The notes under the pieces: generated by a model
The model's input: only the letters and a program-made list of their open reading frames with translations
Told to the model about the DNA's origin: nothing
Database searches by the model: none
Made by a program: the position numbers and the translations under genes
Part shown: positions 10,108 through 19,636 of the stretch, piece by piece
Position numbering within the stretch: the stretch's first letter is position 1
Layout: every line of letters begins with the position of its first letter
NCBI GenBank assembly: GCA_025061115.1
Contig: JANZKC010000002.1
Location: 467,092 to 531,091 of the forward strand
DNA length: 64,000 bases
Source of the DNA: Candidatus Culexmicrobium cathedralense
GTDB lineage: Archaea; Thermoproteota; Methanomethylicia; Culexarchaeales; Culexmicrobiaceae
Direction: 5' to 3'

Positions 10108-11097
10108 CTAGCCACAGCTCTCTAAGTACTTCTTAACACTTAATGCTATTGCTTTAGCGAGAGGTACGGGAACAGCTTCTCCAACCTGGTCGAATTGCAC
10201 CTCCCTTCCACCATGAAAAACGTGATCGTCTGGAAAGCCCATCAACCTAGCTTGCTCTCTTACTGTTAAAAGGCGATTCTCGAATGGATGTATGAAACGC
10301 GATCTCCCCAGCACTGTGGGCGCTAGCCTATATGGGCGAAGTCTAACCCAATTAGTGTAGAAGCGGCCACTTGCACCGCTGAAGTGAACTAGAGCATCAC
10401 CCCATTTTAATCTTGAGACTTTCTTAAGCTTCGCCGGCGAAAGAGGAACTGGATCGTGATTTGGAATATCATGCACCCCATATGGGTCTGGAAGATCACC
10501 AATAGCTTTCATAACTGGAATTCTAACTTTGACCTTAACTGGGCGTAGCTTGATGTTCGATATGAAGACTCTAACTCTCCTTGAAGGAGTGCCGTAATCT
10601 TCAGCTCTCAATATGTTGAAGTAAATTTTAGGGTAACCCACTCGCGCAAACTCCTTCCTAAGCGCGTACTTCAATTCACCATCAAGTATTTGGGGCACAT
10701 TCTCCATGACAAAGACCTTCGGCTTGAGATCTCCAACAAACCTTATGAAATGCAAAACTAACCTTCCAATAGGATCACCGTATAGCCTGTCAAGCGGATC
10801 CTTCCTCCTCCTAATGTTAACAGCTGTAAAGGGTTCGCAAGGCGGGCCCCCAATCACCACGTCGGGTGGAGAACCTATGAGGGATAGAAGATCTTTGGAG
10901 TGAATTCTCTTTATGTCCTCTACGATCAGCTCAGCTTCAGAGAAGTTCTCCGAATAAGTAATTGCAACTGGCTTGAAATTCTCAATAGCAGCTACGATTT
11001 GAAATCCAGCTTCCTTAAATCCCCTAGAAAAGCCTCCAGCACCAGCGAATAAGTCGACTACCGTCCATGAAGCCATGACACATCCTCTAGTTAACAA
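10108..11097 (-). CDS. Cytosine-C5 methyltransferase (orphan, no cognate restriction gene nearby)
   Basis: DLFAGAGG (I), GGPPCEPFT (IV), MENV (VI), RxR (VIII), REQARLMGFPD (IX), QVGEAVP (X). Confidence 0.9.
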   Translation of the reverse strand: MLTRGCVMASWTVVDLFAGAGGFSRGFKEAGFQIVAAIENFKPVAITYSENFSEAELIVEDIKRIHSKDLLSLIGSPPDVVIGGPPCEPFTAVNIRRRKDPLDRLYGDPIGRLVLHFIRFVGDLKPKVFVMENVPQILDGELKYALRKEFARVGYPKIYFNILRAEDYGTPSRRVRVFISNIKLRPVKVKVRIPVMKAIGDLPDPYGVHDIPNHDPVPLSPAKLKKVSRLKWGDALVHFSGASGRFYTNWVRLRPYRLAPTVLGRSRFIHPFENRLLTVREQARLMGFPDDHVFHGGREVQFDQVGEAVPVPLAKAIALSVKKYLESCG

Positions 11098-11212
11098 TTT
11101 TTCAACTAGAAGTTAAAGTTTCACACTAAACGCTTAAGCCATACCTTTCGCCTGAGATTGGAATCCAAAATCTAGAAAGTTTTATTTTATTGTCAAGTGA
11201 CATTTAGAGTGA

Positions 11213-11312
11213 GCCGGGGTAGCCTAGCCTGGTTAGGGCGTCGGCTTGCTATAGAGCAATGCAAAAAGCCGATGGCCGTAAGGCCGCGCGGGTTCGAATC
11301 CCGCCCCCGGCG
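11213..11312 (+). tRNA. tRNA-Ser(GCT) with a 15-nt intron at 37/38 (11252-11266); CCA not encoded
   Basis: GCCGGGG/CCCCGGC acceptor stem, TCGGC/GCCGA anticodon stem, long variable arm, GGTTCGAATCC T-arm, BHB-type TTGC/GCAA helix with 3-nt bulges. Confidence 0.92.
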
Positions 11313-11378
11313 TAAAACTTCTCAACACCTTAAATGCATAAACACAACGCTTAAACCTCACTTCTCCAAGATGAAAAT

Positions 11379-11715
11379 GGGGCGGCGGCTAGGCGGGGGG
11401 CTCGGCCTCCCCTTGCAGGGGAAAACCCCTGCACCGCAAAGGGTCGAGATGGCGGGCCGAAAGCCGGCGTCAGGCGCCTTGAACAGCCGCACGCCCCAGT
11501 GACTCGGCGATGAAGCTTCGTCCCATGGGGTCGCCGGCGGGTGATAGGCTCTCCGGAGGGAGGGCCGAATCACCCCTTACCGGGCGAATCGGGTTAGGCC
11601 AGGAATGGAGCGGCCCTAAGCCCGGACGGCGGCGTTCATGGGGGTGCGGGGCTTAGACCGGCACTGGGTGACGGGCGGCTGGGAGGGGCGTCGAGCGTCG
11701 GCGCGCCGCCGCCCC
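11379..11715 (+). ncRNA. ffs: Archaeal SRP (7S) RNA
   Basis: Very GC-rich; 11-bp terminal helix GGGGCGGCGGC/GCCGCCGCCCC; Alu loop-loop pair CTCGGCC/GGTCGAG; helix 8 AGG-CCA-GGAA-TGG-AGC SRP54-binding motif. Confidence 0.92.
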
Positions 11716-11751
11716 GTTAACTACAATGGCTCAAGCGGAAAGTTCCACACT

Positions 11752-12693
11752 TTATGGCAGAAGGCCAATCTGCTCCAAGAGCTCGCAAGCTCTACAAACA
11801 TCCTTAGTTGTAGGCTCACCGCAGTACTTGCAGTGATTGAGCTTAACGGGCTCAATCGACTTCGAAAGCACCTCAACAATCTTCTCAAAGGAGGACACTA
11901 TCGAGTACTTAATTCCAGGATGCCTACTCTCCAGCTCGTTGAGGAATCTCCGAAATTCATCTCTGAAGGAGGTTCTAGCGTAGGGGCAATCAACCGAGTA
12001 CAACTCCACTCCAGCCAGATAGGCGTAAAGCGCGATTTCAGCTTCAGGTATGAGCCTCATCGGCTTAATTCTCGGTATGAAGCCAGGCTGCCTCATGGAC
12101 TCCAAAGCCACAACTCTCACAAGCCTATTAATGTCGCCGCGAACTATATTCATCAAAATCGTTTGAGACTCATCGTCGAGATTATGCGCCGTGGCAATCT
12201 TAGTTACTCCAAGCTCCTTACCCTTAACGTTCAAAATCTTCCTCCTCAAAACTCCGCAATAAGTGCAGGCATGATGCGGGGACCCCCTCCTCTCAGCCTC
12301 CTTAACTATCTCAGGGAGGGAGTAGCCGTAAAAATCCTTGAACGAGCAAACCTCATGGCGAAGCCCAAGCAGTTCAGCATTCCTCCTCGCAATTTTCAAT
12401 CCAATCTCCCTATAGCCAGGAACGCCCTCATCAATCGTAAAGGCAATTAAGTCTGCTTCAGGGAAATCCCTCTCAATCTTAGCCAAGATCCTCATCATGA
12501 CAACGCTGTCCTTCCCACCTGAAACAGCCAGCAAAGTATAGTCATTGCGCTCCAAAAGAGAGTACTTGCCAATGGTCCACCTCACCTTATCCTCAATGGA
12601 CTTCATGAAGCAGCTCTTACAAAGCGCAACGCCGGAAAATCTCCGCAGGAAAATTGCCGGCTGGCCGCAGCGACTACACCTCACCCTAAACAC
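11752..12693 (-). CDS. ttuA: tRNA 2-thiolation protein (TtuA/Ncs6, TIGR00269 family)
   Basis: N- and C-terminal zinc fingers, SGGKDS PP-loop, CTYCGVLRR, AHNLDDE. Confidence 0.88.
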   Translation of the reverse strand: MFRVRCSRCGQPAIFLRRFSGVALCKSCFMKSIEDKVRWTIGKYSLLERNDYTLLAVSGGKDSVVMMRILAKIERDFPEADLIAFTIDEGVPGYREIGLKIARRNAELLGLRHEVCSFKDFYGYSLPEIVKEAERRGSPHHACTYCGVLRRKILNVKGKELGVTKIATAHNLDDESQTILMNIVRGDINRLVRVVALESMRQPGFIPRIKPMRLIPEAEIALYAYLAGVELYSVDCPYARTSFRDEFRRFLNELESRHPGIKYSIVSSFEKIVEVLSKSIEPVKLNHCKYCGEPTTKDVCRACELLEQIGLLP

Positions 12694-12696
12694 CCA

Positions 12697-13941
12697 CTAT
12701 GGAAAACTAAATCCGCCCACATTGAAGGATTGAACCATATTCAGGCAGAGAAGCAGCACCGAGGCAACCCTAACAACGTTGAGCAAAGCCTCACTTAAAG
12801 GCATCTCCCTATTAAGGAGGAAAACCTTCCTCCTCATAAGAGCTGGCGCCTGAAGCAAAGCCTCAAAAAACCCATTCCCATCCAGGAAGGGTATGGGAAG
12901 CATGTTTATCAGCGCGGCACTAATCGACAAAACCTCAAACCAAGATAGGAAGTTATAGAGGTGCCATGGAAACATGTAAGTTAACGCCGAAGCCCAAGCC
13001 TTAGGTGGGAAGTAGTCGAATGTCCTAACCCCAAGAAAAGCCCTCGAAGAGTTAAGCGGGTGAAAAGAGCTTTTAACTACAACGTCACCCCTCAAGAGAG
13101 ATAAAATCAAAGTGCTATTGGCGGGAGCCCCACTCATAAACTGGTGAAAGCTAAGAACGTCATGTATTCTAACCCCATTAATCGCCAAAATCACATCTCC
13201 AACTTGAAGGCCGGCCTTCTCAGCCGGCGTGCCGCTCAACACGTCCAGAACAACAACGCCTTGAGAGGGCTGAAAGGCGGGGCTAATGACCAAGGCGAAG
13301 TTGGCTATCATGAGAACAGCCAAAATTCCGAAGAGCAAGTTCACCGTCGACCCAGCTGAAAGAAGCCTCATTCTCGAAAGCCTCTCAGCCCTAGCCACAC
13401 TCTCATCATCAAGCTCAGCGAAGCCACCTACAACGAGAATAAAGAATATGACTCCAATGCTCTTCAACTTAACACCCTCAACAACGGCAGCAATGCCATG
13501 AGCCAGCTCATGAAGGCAAAAAACGATCACAGCGGAGATTACGAAGTAAGGCAAAGCATTAACGCTGATGGTAACCCCAGGAATCAAGGGCACCACAGGG
13601 CTTATTCCCCCACCGGTAAGCGAGGTAGCAAAGTTTGAAGCAAGAAACTTTAGAGTGAACATAAGCTCACCAACAGCTAAAAAGCAGCCAACAGTAAAGA
13701 ACACCCTCCAAAAGGCAGCAAGCCTAGAAGCTAGCTTACCAATAAACTCATTAAATCTCTTAGTCCTCCACATAAGCATCAAATATGGCTTGATCTCCAC
13801 TCCAAACCTATCCAATCTAAAAATCCTATGCAGAACGGCAATTACAAGCCAAAAGACGCTCAAGGCAATGAGCAGCATTAGAGCACTATTCAGCGCCAAA
13901 CCCTCCAACGTAAAAGGCATACCGCAAGTAACCTTTAACAA
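12697..13941 (-). CDS. Site-2 protease (M50) with PDZ domain
   Basis: HELAH, PAEKAGLQVGDVI PDZ segment, NMLPIPFLDG. Confidence 0.92.
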   Translation of the reverse strand: MLKVTCGMPFTLEGLALNSALMLLIALSVFWLVIAVLHRIFRLDRFGVEIKPYLMLMWRTKRFNEFIGKLASRLAAFWRVFFTVGCFLAVGELMFTLKFLASNFATSLTGGGISPVVPLIPGVTISVNALPYFVISAVIVFCLHELAHGIAAVVEGVKLKSIGVIFFILVVGGFAELDDESVARAERLSRMRLLSAGSTVNLLFGILAVLMIANFALVISPAFQPSQGVVVLDVLSGTPAEKAGLQVGDVILAINGVRIHDVLSFHQFMSGAPANSTLILSLLRGDVVVKSSFHPLNSSRAFLGVRTFDYFPPKAWASALTYMFPWHLYNFLSWFEVLSISAALINMLPIPFLDGNGFFEALLQAPALMRRKVFLLNREMPLSEALLNVVRVASVLLLCLNMVQSFNVGGFSFP

Positions 13942-13971
13942 TTACGCTTAGATAAGTGTCTCGGGGTTAAA

Positions 13972-14676
13972 ATGAAAATTAAGCCAGTGAGAGCTGGCGA
14001 TGCGAGGGAAGTCAAGTACAGCGAAGAACAGTGGAAACTCCTAAAAAAGTTCAGAGGAAAAGCCGCTTCAATCATGCAAATCCTAAGCGAAAATCAAATC
14101 TACACAATAATTCATGGAAGCGTAGCTAGGGGAGACGTAACCCCAAAAAGCGACGTAGACATAGTAATTCCATACCCAACACCATCATACAAGGTCGAAA
14201 TAGCCCTGGAAAGAGCTGGAATACAAGTTCAAACCAAGCAGATAGTTCAAGCGACGCCGAGCCACGCAGCAAAGGCCCACATATACATAGACGAAAAAAC
14301 CACCATAACATTTCCGCTGGTAGAGCTGAGAAAGCTTGAAAGGGAATTCTACAAGTTCGGCGGAGAACTCAACTTAAATCAGCTGAAAAGAGGGGAAAGA
14401 GCAGCCGGAGTAAACAAGAGGCTCATGCTAATCATACCAACAGATGAAGGGCACATCGAAGTCCCAGTAATTGGAAGAGAAGCAGAAGTAGCTAGAAAGC
14501 TGGGAGTCTCCATAGACATAGTTAATGAAAGAGTAAGAGTATTAACTAGAAGAGACGAAATTGGAAGGACTGGAGTATACCTCAAATACACGTTAAGCCC
14601 AGACGAAACATTTGAAGAAGCTCTCAAAAAGCTGGCTGACAGAGACCCAGCAATCAGAAAGAGAATTAGGCTTTAA
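13972..14676 (+). CDS. Predicted nucleotidyltransferase (COG2413-like)
   Basis: HGSVARGDV..SDVDI Pol-beta motif; RVRVLTRRDEIGRTGV C-terminal signature. Confidence 0.82.
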   Translation: MKIKPVRAGDAREVKYSEEQWKLLKKFRGKAASIMQILSENQIYTIIHGSVARGDVTPKSDVDIVIPYPTPSYKVEIALERAGIQVQTKQIVQATPSHAAKAHIYIDEKTTITFPLVELRKLEREFYKFGGELNLNQLKRGERAAGVNKRLMLIIPTDEGHIEVPVIGREAEVARKLGVSIDIVNERVRVLTRRDEIGRTGVYLKYTLSPDETFEEALKKLADRDPAIRKRIRL

Positions 14677-14712
14677 ATATAAACCTACCCAGCAAATTGA
14701 GGGCAAACAAGA

Positions 14713-14982
14713 TTGCTTGAAGCATCACTAATGGCAGCCCAGAGCCTAGAGGACAAGTTCAGAGAGATAATACTCAGGTGGATCGAATCGATTCAAAGAA
14801 ACATCCTATGGCTCCTCTCCATAATTAGGGATGCATCGCTAGTGATAGCTAGAGCATCATACTCTGTGATGCTAATAATGGGAGTAATCCTATGGGCAGC
14901 AGGTATTCAAAGGTACATGGCCAGGCGCCTAATAGTGGGAGGAGCAATCATAGCTCTAGTCACCGAAATCCTACTAGGATGA
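14713..14982 (+). CDS. Small two-helix membrane protein (TrbC/VirB2-pilin-like pattern)
   Basis: Two hydrophobic helices joined by a short basic loop (QRYMARRL). Confidence 0.55.
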   Translation: MLEASLMAAQSLEDKFREIILRWIESIQRNILWLLSIIRDASLVIARASYSVMLIMGVILWAAGIQRYMARRLIVGGAIIALVTEILLG

Positions 14983-15021
14983 GAAACGCTTTTAAATTAC
15001 AGAAAGAATCAGAGCAAAGCC

Positions 15022-16122
15022 GTGAGCAGAAAAATCGAGGAAACTATTGGGAAATCGCTGGTCGTAGGAGAGCTCCCCGAGGGATGCAGAATGTGCATGA
15101 GGGGAGCAAAGCTAGTTCTCTTCATAACCGGCCTATGCAATGCAACTTGCTTCTACTGCCCACTTGATGAAAGCAGGAAAAACAGGGACGTGATGTACGC
15201 AAATGAGGTGAAAGCAACCAACCTGGACGACGTCATTAAAGAGGCAGAATCAATGAGAGCTGAAGGCACGGGAATTACAGGCGGAGATCCACTAATAGTT
15301 CTGCATAGGACCCTAGGCGCCATCAAAACGCTGAAAAAGCACTTCAGCGAAAAACACCACATCCACCTGTACACCAACGCCATGAAATTGACGCTTGAAA
15401 AAGCAAAAATGCTGAAAAAGGCTGGGCTGGATGAACTAAGAATACACCCAACGAGAAGCGAGGACTGGAGAAAGGTTCTGATAGCAAAGAAGGCAGGCCT
15501 AGTCACTGGAGTAGAGATACCGGCAATACCTGGAAAAGCGAAAGAAGTCAAGAGGAAAATGAGGATCCTCGAAGCGCTTAAAGTGGACTTCATAAACATA
15601 AATGAGCTCGAATTCACCGCATCAAACTCCCTAAGCCTAAAGCTGCGGGGATTCAAGCTAAAGCAGGGAAGCCTGGCAGCAGTTGAAGGAAGCGAAGAGG
15701 AAGCTCTCAATATACTTGAGTGGGCAGCCAAAAACACGCGCCTGAACGTCCACTACTGCCCGAGCAGGCTTAAGGATCAAGTGCAACTGAAAAATAGACT
15801 CAGAAGGAGAGCTGCGCAAGTAGCTTTAAAGCACGAGGAAATAACAGATGAAGGCTTGCTAGTTAAGGGAGTAATAGAGGTTGAAGGCGACTTAAGCAGC
15901 ATTAGAAACGAAATCATAAAGAAGCTGAAAATTCCAAGCGATCTCATAGTCGTAAATGAGGGGAGAAGGAGAATAGAAACAACAGCTGAAATCGCAATTG
16001 ACATCGCATCAGCAAAGCTACTCAGCAAAGCCAGCATATTCATAGTGGAGGAATATCCCACAGCTGATAGGCTAGAGGTCACTCGAATACCCGTTGGAAG
16101 AGCCCTCGGCAAGCCTAATTAA
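15022..16122 (+). CDS. Radical SAM protein (COG2108-like)
   Basis: GCRMCMRGAKLVLFITGLCNATCFYC with the CxxxCxxC motif; TGGDPL. Confidence 0.9.
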   Translation: MSRKIEETIGKSLVVGELPEGCRMCMRGAKLVLFITGLCNATCFYCPLDESRKNRDVMYANEVKATNLDDVIKEAESMRAEGTGITGGDPLIVLHRTLGAIKTLKKHFSEKHHIHLYTNAMKLTLEKAKMLKKAGLDELRIHPTRSEDWRKVLIAKKAGLVTGVEIPAIPGKAKEVKRKMRILEALKVDFININELEFTASNSLSLKLRGFKLKQGSLAAVEGSEEEALNILEWAAKNTRLNVHYCPSRLKDQVQLKNRLRRRAAQVALKHEEITDEGLLVKGVIEVEGDLSSIRNEIIKKLKIPSDLIVVNEGRRRIETTAEIAIDIASAKLLSKASIFIVEEYPTADRLEVTRIPVGRALGKPN

Positions 16123-16812
16123 AGCGCTTCTAAAAACCCCCATAAGCGTGTGAGCCTCCCTCCCAGATATAAAAGCCCTCCCAATAACATGGCGGAAAAT
16201 CAAATTCGCAATTCTCCGCTTATGCTCAGGGTAATTCAAGGCTTTAAGGAGCGCGTCAAAGTACTTCAATAGCATCTCCTTCTCAACCCTCGAAGCCTCC
16301 CTAAACCTCCAGCCGCCAATCTCACCTTTATGGGAGAAGAGCTCATAAAGAATTACTGCAACCGCATGGGAAACGTTCAGCACAGGGTAGGATTCACTGG
16401 CAGGAATTGAAACCACCAAGTCGCAGCGAGCAAGCTCCTCATTCTTGAGGCCAATGCTCTCCCTGCCAAAGAAGATTCCCACCCTACCCTCAACCTCCCA
16501 AATCGATTCAGCAAGCATCCTGGGAGTGATAGGAACCCTCAAAACGTTGTAGTCGCCGCCAACCCTACTAGTAGTTCCAACAGCAAAGTCGAAAAGGGAA
16601 ATTGCATCATCAAAGGAGTCAACAACGAGAGAGCGCTCCAAAACCTCAACTGCATGAGAAGCGAAAATCCTAGCATCACCATTCAACTCGACCTTGGGAT
16701 TAACGACTACAAGCTTCCTAAACCCGAAATTCATCATAGCTCTCGCAGTGAAACCCACATTGCCAGCGTACTCAGGCTCAACCAAAACCACATAGATTTC
16801 AGGCAACCTCAA
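16072..16812 (-). CDS. trmJ: tRNA 2'-O-methyltransferase TrmJ (SPOUT)
   Basis: VLVEPEYAGNVGFTARAMMNFG, FGRESIGL, LNVSHAV. Confidence 0.88.
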   Translation of the reverse strand: MRLPEIYVVLVEPEYAGNVGFTARAMMNFGFRKLVVVNPKVELNGDARIFASHAVEVLERSLVVDSFDDAISLFDFAVGTTSRVGGDYNVLRVPITPRMLAESIWEVEGRVGIFFGRESIGLKNEELARCDLVVSIPASESYPVLNVSHAVAVILYELFSHKGEIGGWRFREASRVEKEMLLKYFDALLKALNYPEHKRRIANLIFRHVIGRAFISGREAHTLMGVFRSALIRLAEGSSNGYSSDL

Positions 16813-17429
16813 ACCACCCTCACAGCCTTAACAAGGTAGAGAGATTCATAAAAGAAGCGCCTACAAGAAACAACTTCAACCTCAAACCCCAACTCCCTCA
16901 GCTTCCTAATGGTCAAACTGCAATTGGAAAGAGAGGACTGAACAAGTAGCAACAGCCCGCCGGGCTTAACAACCCGATGAAAGGTTGATAAAAAGGCGTC
17001 GATAACCCTCCTACCACCCCTACCTCCACTCCACGCAATCCTAAGCCTATCAGGAACGAGCAGATCATGCTCATCCTCAGGCAGGTACGGAGGATTAAAG
17101 ACCACCAAGTCGAAAATCGGCTTAAACCTAAAAGGAGCAAGCAGATCCCCCGCAACAACTTGAACTTTATGCTTAAGCCCACTTCGGTGGGCATTAATTG
17201 CAGTGTTTTTAGTAGCACTCGGATTAACATCCACCGCAACAACTAGCTTGGACTTCTCAGCCAGGAATAATGTTAAAATGCCGCATCCGCAGCCTACATC
17301 CAAGCTCAAGCCAATAGTTGAAGGGACAATCCTCTCAATTGCCTCTGCGAGCATGAAGCTGTCGTCCGAAGGATCATATACGTCGTCGAAAACCACGTAA
17401 CCTCTACCTCGAAACTTAGCCACCTTCAA
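16809..17429 (-). CDS. HemK2/Mtq2-like release-factor glutamine methyltransferase
   Basis: VYDPSDDSFML, DVGCGCG, NPPY, WSGGRGGR. Confidence 0.88.
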   Translation of the reverse strand: MKVAKFRGRGYVVFDDVYDPSDDSFMLAEAIERIVPSTIGLSLDVGCGCGILTLFLAEKSKLVVAVDVNPSATKNTAINAHRSGLKHKVQVVAGDLLAPFRFKPIFDLVVFNPPYLPEDEHDLLVPDRLRIAWSGGRGGRRVIDAFLSTFHRVVKPGGLLLLVQSSLSNCSLTIRKLRELGFEVEVVSCRRFFYESLYLVKAVRVV

Positions 17430-18297
17430 CGCCCTTCAGCCCCCTATAAAGCGCCTCAGCAACCTCAATGAACTGTTGAGGAGCCAATTCCCTCACTCTA
17501 ACCTCCAAGTAAGGTACCAGCTCTAAAACTACCCTGCTCTCATTAGCACTCAAACCCCGAATTCTAGTTAAATAGTGCATTAAAGGGCTCTTCAACTTCC
17601 TATTTCTCTGGGAGAAAAGCCATCTAAGCAAGTCAAGCAAAAGCTCCTCAACCTCACTTAGAGGAGGACGCCTCCTCGGCGTCAACTTGACAACGGCAAC
17701 ATCAATTTCAGGAGGAGGATAAAAGCAGTTTCTTGAGGCATAGCGTAGAAGATCAACATCAGCGAACAGGCTCACCGCAACAGTCAGCCGCCCATACTGA
17801 TGAGAACCGGGCTTCGCCACAAGCCGCTCCGCAAACTCCCTCTGATAGGTTAGCACCGCAAGCTTGAAGGTCGGCTTCTCAATCAACTTGAAGGTTAGTG
17901 GAGATGAAATGCTGAATGGAAGATTTGAAACAACCTTATCTACCTCCGGGAATTCCAGGGTAAGCGCATCAGCATGAATCAACTCAACGTTATCGTAGCT
18001 TTTAAGGCGCCACTCAAGCACTTCAATTAGGCGAGAATCAACTTCAACTGCATACACCTTCCCAGCAACATCAGCCAGCGCCTCGGTTAAAGTGCCTATG
18101 CCAGCTCCAATTTCAAGAACAACATCGCAGCTAGAAAGCGACGAAAATGAAATCAAATCATCTATGAGGCTGGGGCACACAACGAAGTTCTGGCCGAGCT
18201 TCCTCCTAGGCTTTATTCCGAAGGACCGAAGTATCCGCTTAGTTTCAGCGAACAAGCTCCCCATGCTTCTAGCCATAATCCCCATGCAGCCTACCAC
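17416..18297 (-). CDS. rsmA: 16S rRNA adenine dimethyltransferase RsmA/KsgA
   Basis: LGQNF, LEIGAGIG, SNLPFSIS, QREFAERL. Confidence 0.95.
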   Translation of the reverse strand: MVGCMGIMARSMGSLFAETKRILRSFGIKPRRKLGQNFVVCPSLIDDLISFSSLSSCDVVLEIGAGIGTLTEALADVAGKVYAVEVDSRLIEVLEWRLKSYDNVELIHADALTLEFPEVDKVVSNLPFSISSPLTFKLIEKPTFKLAVLTYQREFAERLVAKPGSHQYGRLTVAVSLFADVDLLRYASRNCFYPPPEIDVAVVKLTPRRRPPLSEVEELLLDLLRWLFSQRNRKLKSPLMHYLTRIRGLSANESRVVLELVPYLEVRVRELAPQQFIEVAEALYRGLKGVEGG

Positions 18298-18875
18298 TAC
18301 TTAACGAAAAGCTTATACTTGTCATCGCCGCTTAGCTCCATAATTATCCTCTTAATTATCAGCTTCTTGGGATCAGGTATTTTGGCTCTCTTCTTAATGT
18401 CCTCAAAGCTCTCAAATGGCTTGCGCTTACGCTCATCCAGAATTATCCACAACAGCTTTCGTCCAATGCCTGGGAGAAGCTGAAGGGCGTGAAGCCTAGT
18501 GGTTATTGCACCTGCATTATTGAAGAACTCAACAAAGCGCTTCTCCTGCTTAGAAACTATAACTTCAAGGACGCCCGGAAGCTCATCCCTAGCTGAAATC
18601 GTCAAGTTATCGTAAGATATCCTCCTCCTAACCCGAGCAATCTTATCCCTCTCACCCTTGCCAATGAAAACTCGCTCTCCAGGATAAAGGTAAACTCCAG
18701 GCTTAGGAACCACCTCGAGCAAGGTAAAATAGGACTCCCCGATAACCTGCGCTATGGGCTCCCTCCTAAATAGCGGCGTGGACTCGAGGGGATGACCATG
18801 AGGCAGAAAGTCGAGAACATAGGCATGCTCCTCATAGTAACCTCTATCCCTAGAAAAGAAGGGAACATCCCTCAC
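18297..18875 (-). CDS. DUF655 putative RNA-binding protein
   Basis: VLDFLPHG, FTLLE, ITTRLHALQLLPGIG; conserved position between rpo4 and rsmA. Confidence 0.9.
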   Translation of the reverse strand: MRDVPFFSRDRGYYEEHAYVLDFLPHGHPLESTPLFRREPIAQVIGESYFTLLEVVPKPGVYLYPGERVFIGKGERDKIARVRRRISYDNLTISARDELPGVLEVIVSKQEKRFVEFFNNAGAITTRLHALQLLPGIGRKLLWIILDERKRKPFESFEDIKKRAKIPDPKKLIIKRIIMELSGDDKYKLFVK

Positions 18876-18896
18876 AATTTAACCTCCAAATAAAAA

Positions 18897-19238
18897 TTAT
18901 TCAGCATACTCTCTAATTACATTAAGCATCTTGCCAAGCTCAGATGTGAGAAAGATTCTGCCCTCAATAACCAAAAGCGTGCGAAGCTCCTCAATCGTTT
19001 TAGGAAGGATGTTAGCTATCTGAACTGCAGTGAACCTTGATAGCTTAAACTCCTCCATCAACCTATCAATAAGCGCCTCAGCCTTCTCCCTGGGAAGCTT
19101 AGCCAGCTTAGAGGCATAATCAAGCGTTACGCGCTGCATTGGAGATAGCTCCGCGCGCTCCCTCAGCTTTTCAAGAAACTCCTTAACAGTTGAAATAGTT
19201 GCCTCTTCACGCTTCAAAACCTTCTTAGGCACAAGCAA
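18897..19238 (-). CDS. rpo4: RNA polymerase subunit Rpo4 (RpoF)
   Basis: TLDYASKLAK, AVQIANILPKT..ELR; synteny with eL21 and DUF655. Confidence 0.92.
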   Translation of the reverse strand: MLVPKKVLKREEATISTVKEFLEKLRERAELSPMQRVTLDYASKLAKLPREKAEALIDRLMEEFKLSRFTAVQIANILPKTIEELRTLLVIEGRIFLTSELGKMLNVIREYAE

Positions 19239-19243
19239 ACCTC

Positions 19244-19555
19244 CTACTTAGCCTTAGCTGTTAGGGGGCGCATATGCTCAGGCCTAACTATCAAAGTCTT
19301 CTTCTTCCTACCCAAGTAAACTTCAACTACGTACGCCCTACCCCTCCTTTCGAGGACAACCCCCACCTTCCCATGATACCTCCTATGCGGCATCCCCTTG
19401 TGGACGCTGGGGTCAATTATTATTGCAACCTTCTCTCCAACTTTGTAGGGGTACATTACTCTGCTAAGTGGGAAAAGCCCCCTCTCCCTAGGCTTCTTCT
19501 TCAACAGCTTCCTCGTCCTACTCCTATAACCATGGGAATGCTTAACCACTTTCAC
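19244..19555 (-). CDS. rpl21e: 50S ribosomal protein eL21
   Basis: SHGYRSRTR, PSVHKGMPHRRYHGK, RPEH. Confidence 0.97.
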   Translation of the reverse strand: MKVVKHSHGYRSRTRKLLKKKPRERGLFPLSRVMYPYKVGEKVAIIIDPSVHKGMPHRRYHGKVGVVLERRGRAYVVEVYLGRKKKTLIVRPEHMRPLTAKAK

Positions 19556-19636
19556 CCACCCAAGTCGAGCTCAACTTATCCTAAAGCTTCACTGCTAGAG
19601 GTTTTTGCAAAGTCAAACTAATAAATACTTCCACAT

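Noticed and set aside
11379-11715. Possible RNase P RNA or rRNA fragment
   Set aside because: Lacks the RNase P GAGGAAAGUCC-type signature; the helix 8 and Alu motifs identify it as SRP RNA.
11197-12450. ORFs 11197-11502, 11358-11573 and 11638-12450 in the track
   Set aside because: They overlap tRNA-Ser, SRP RNA and the antisense strand of ttuA, so they are artefacts of GC-rich RNA genes.
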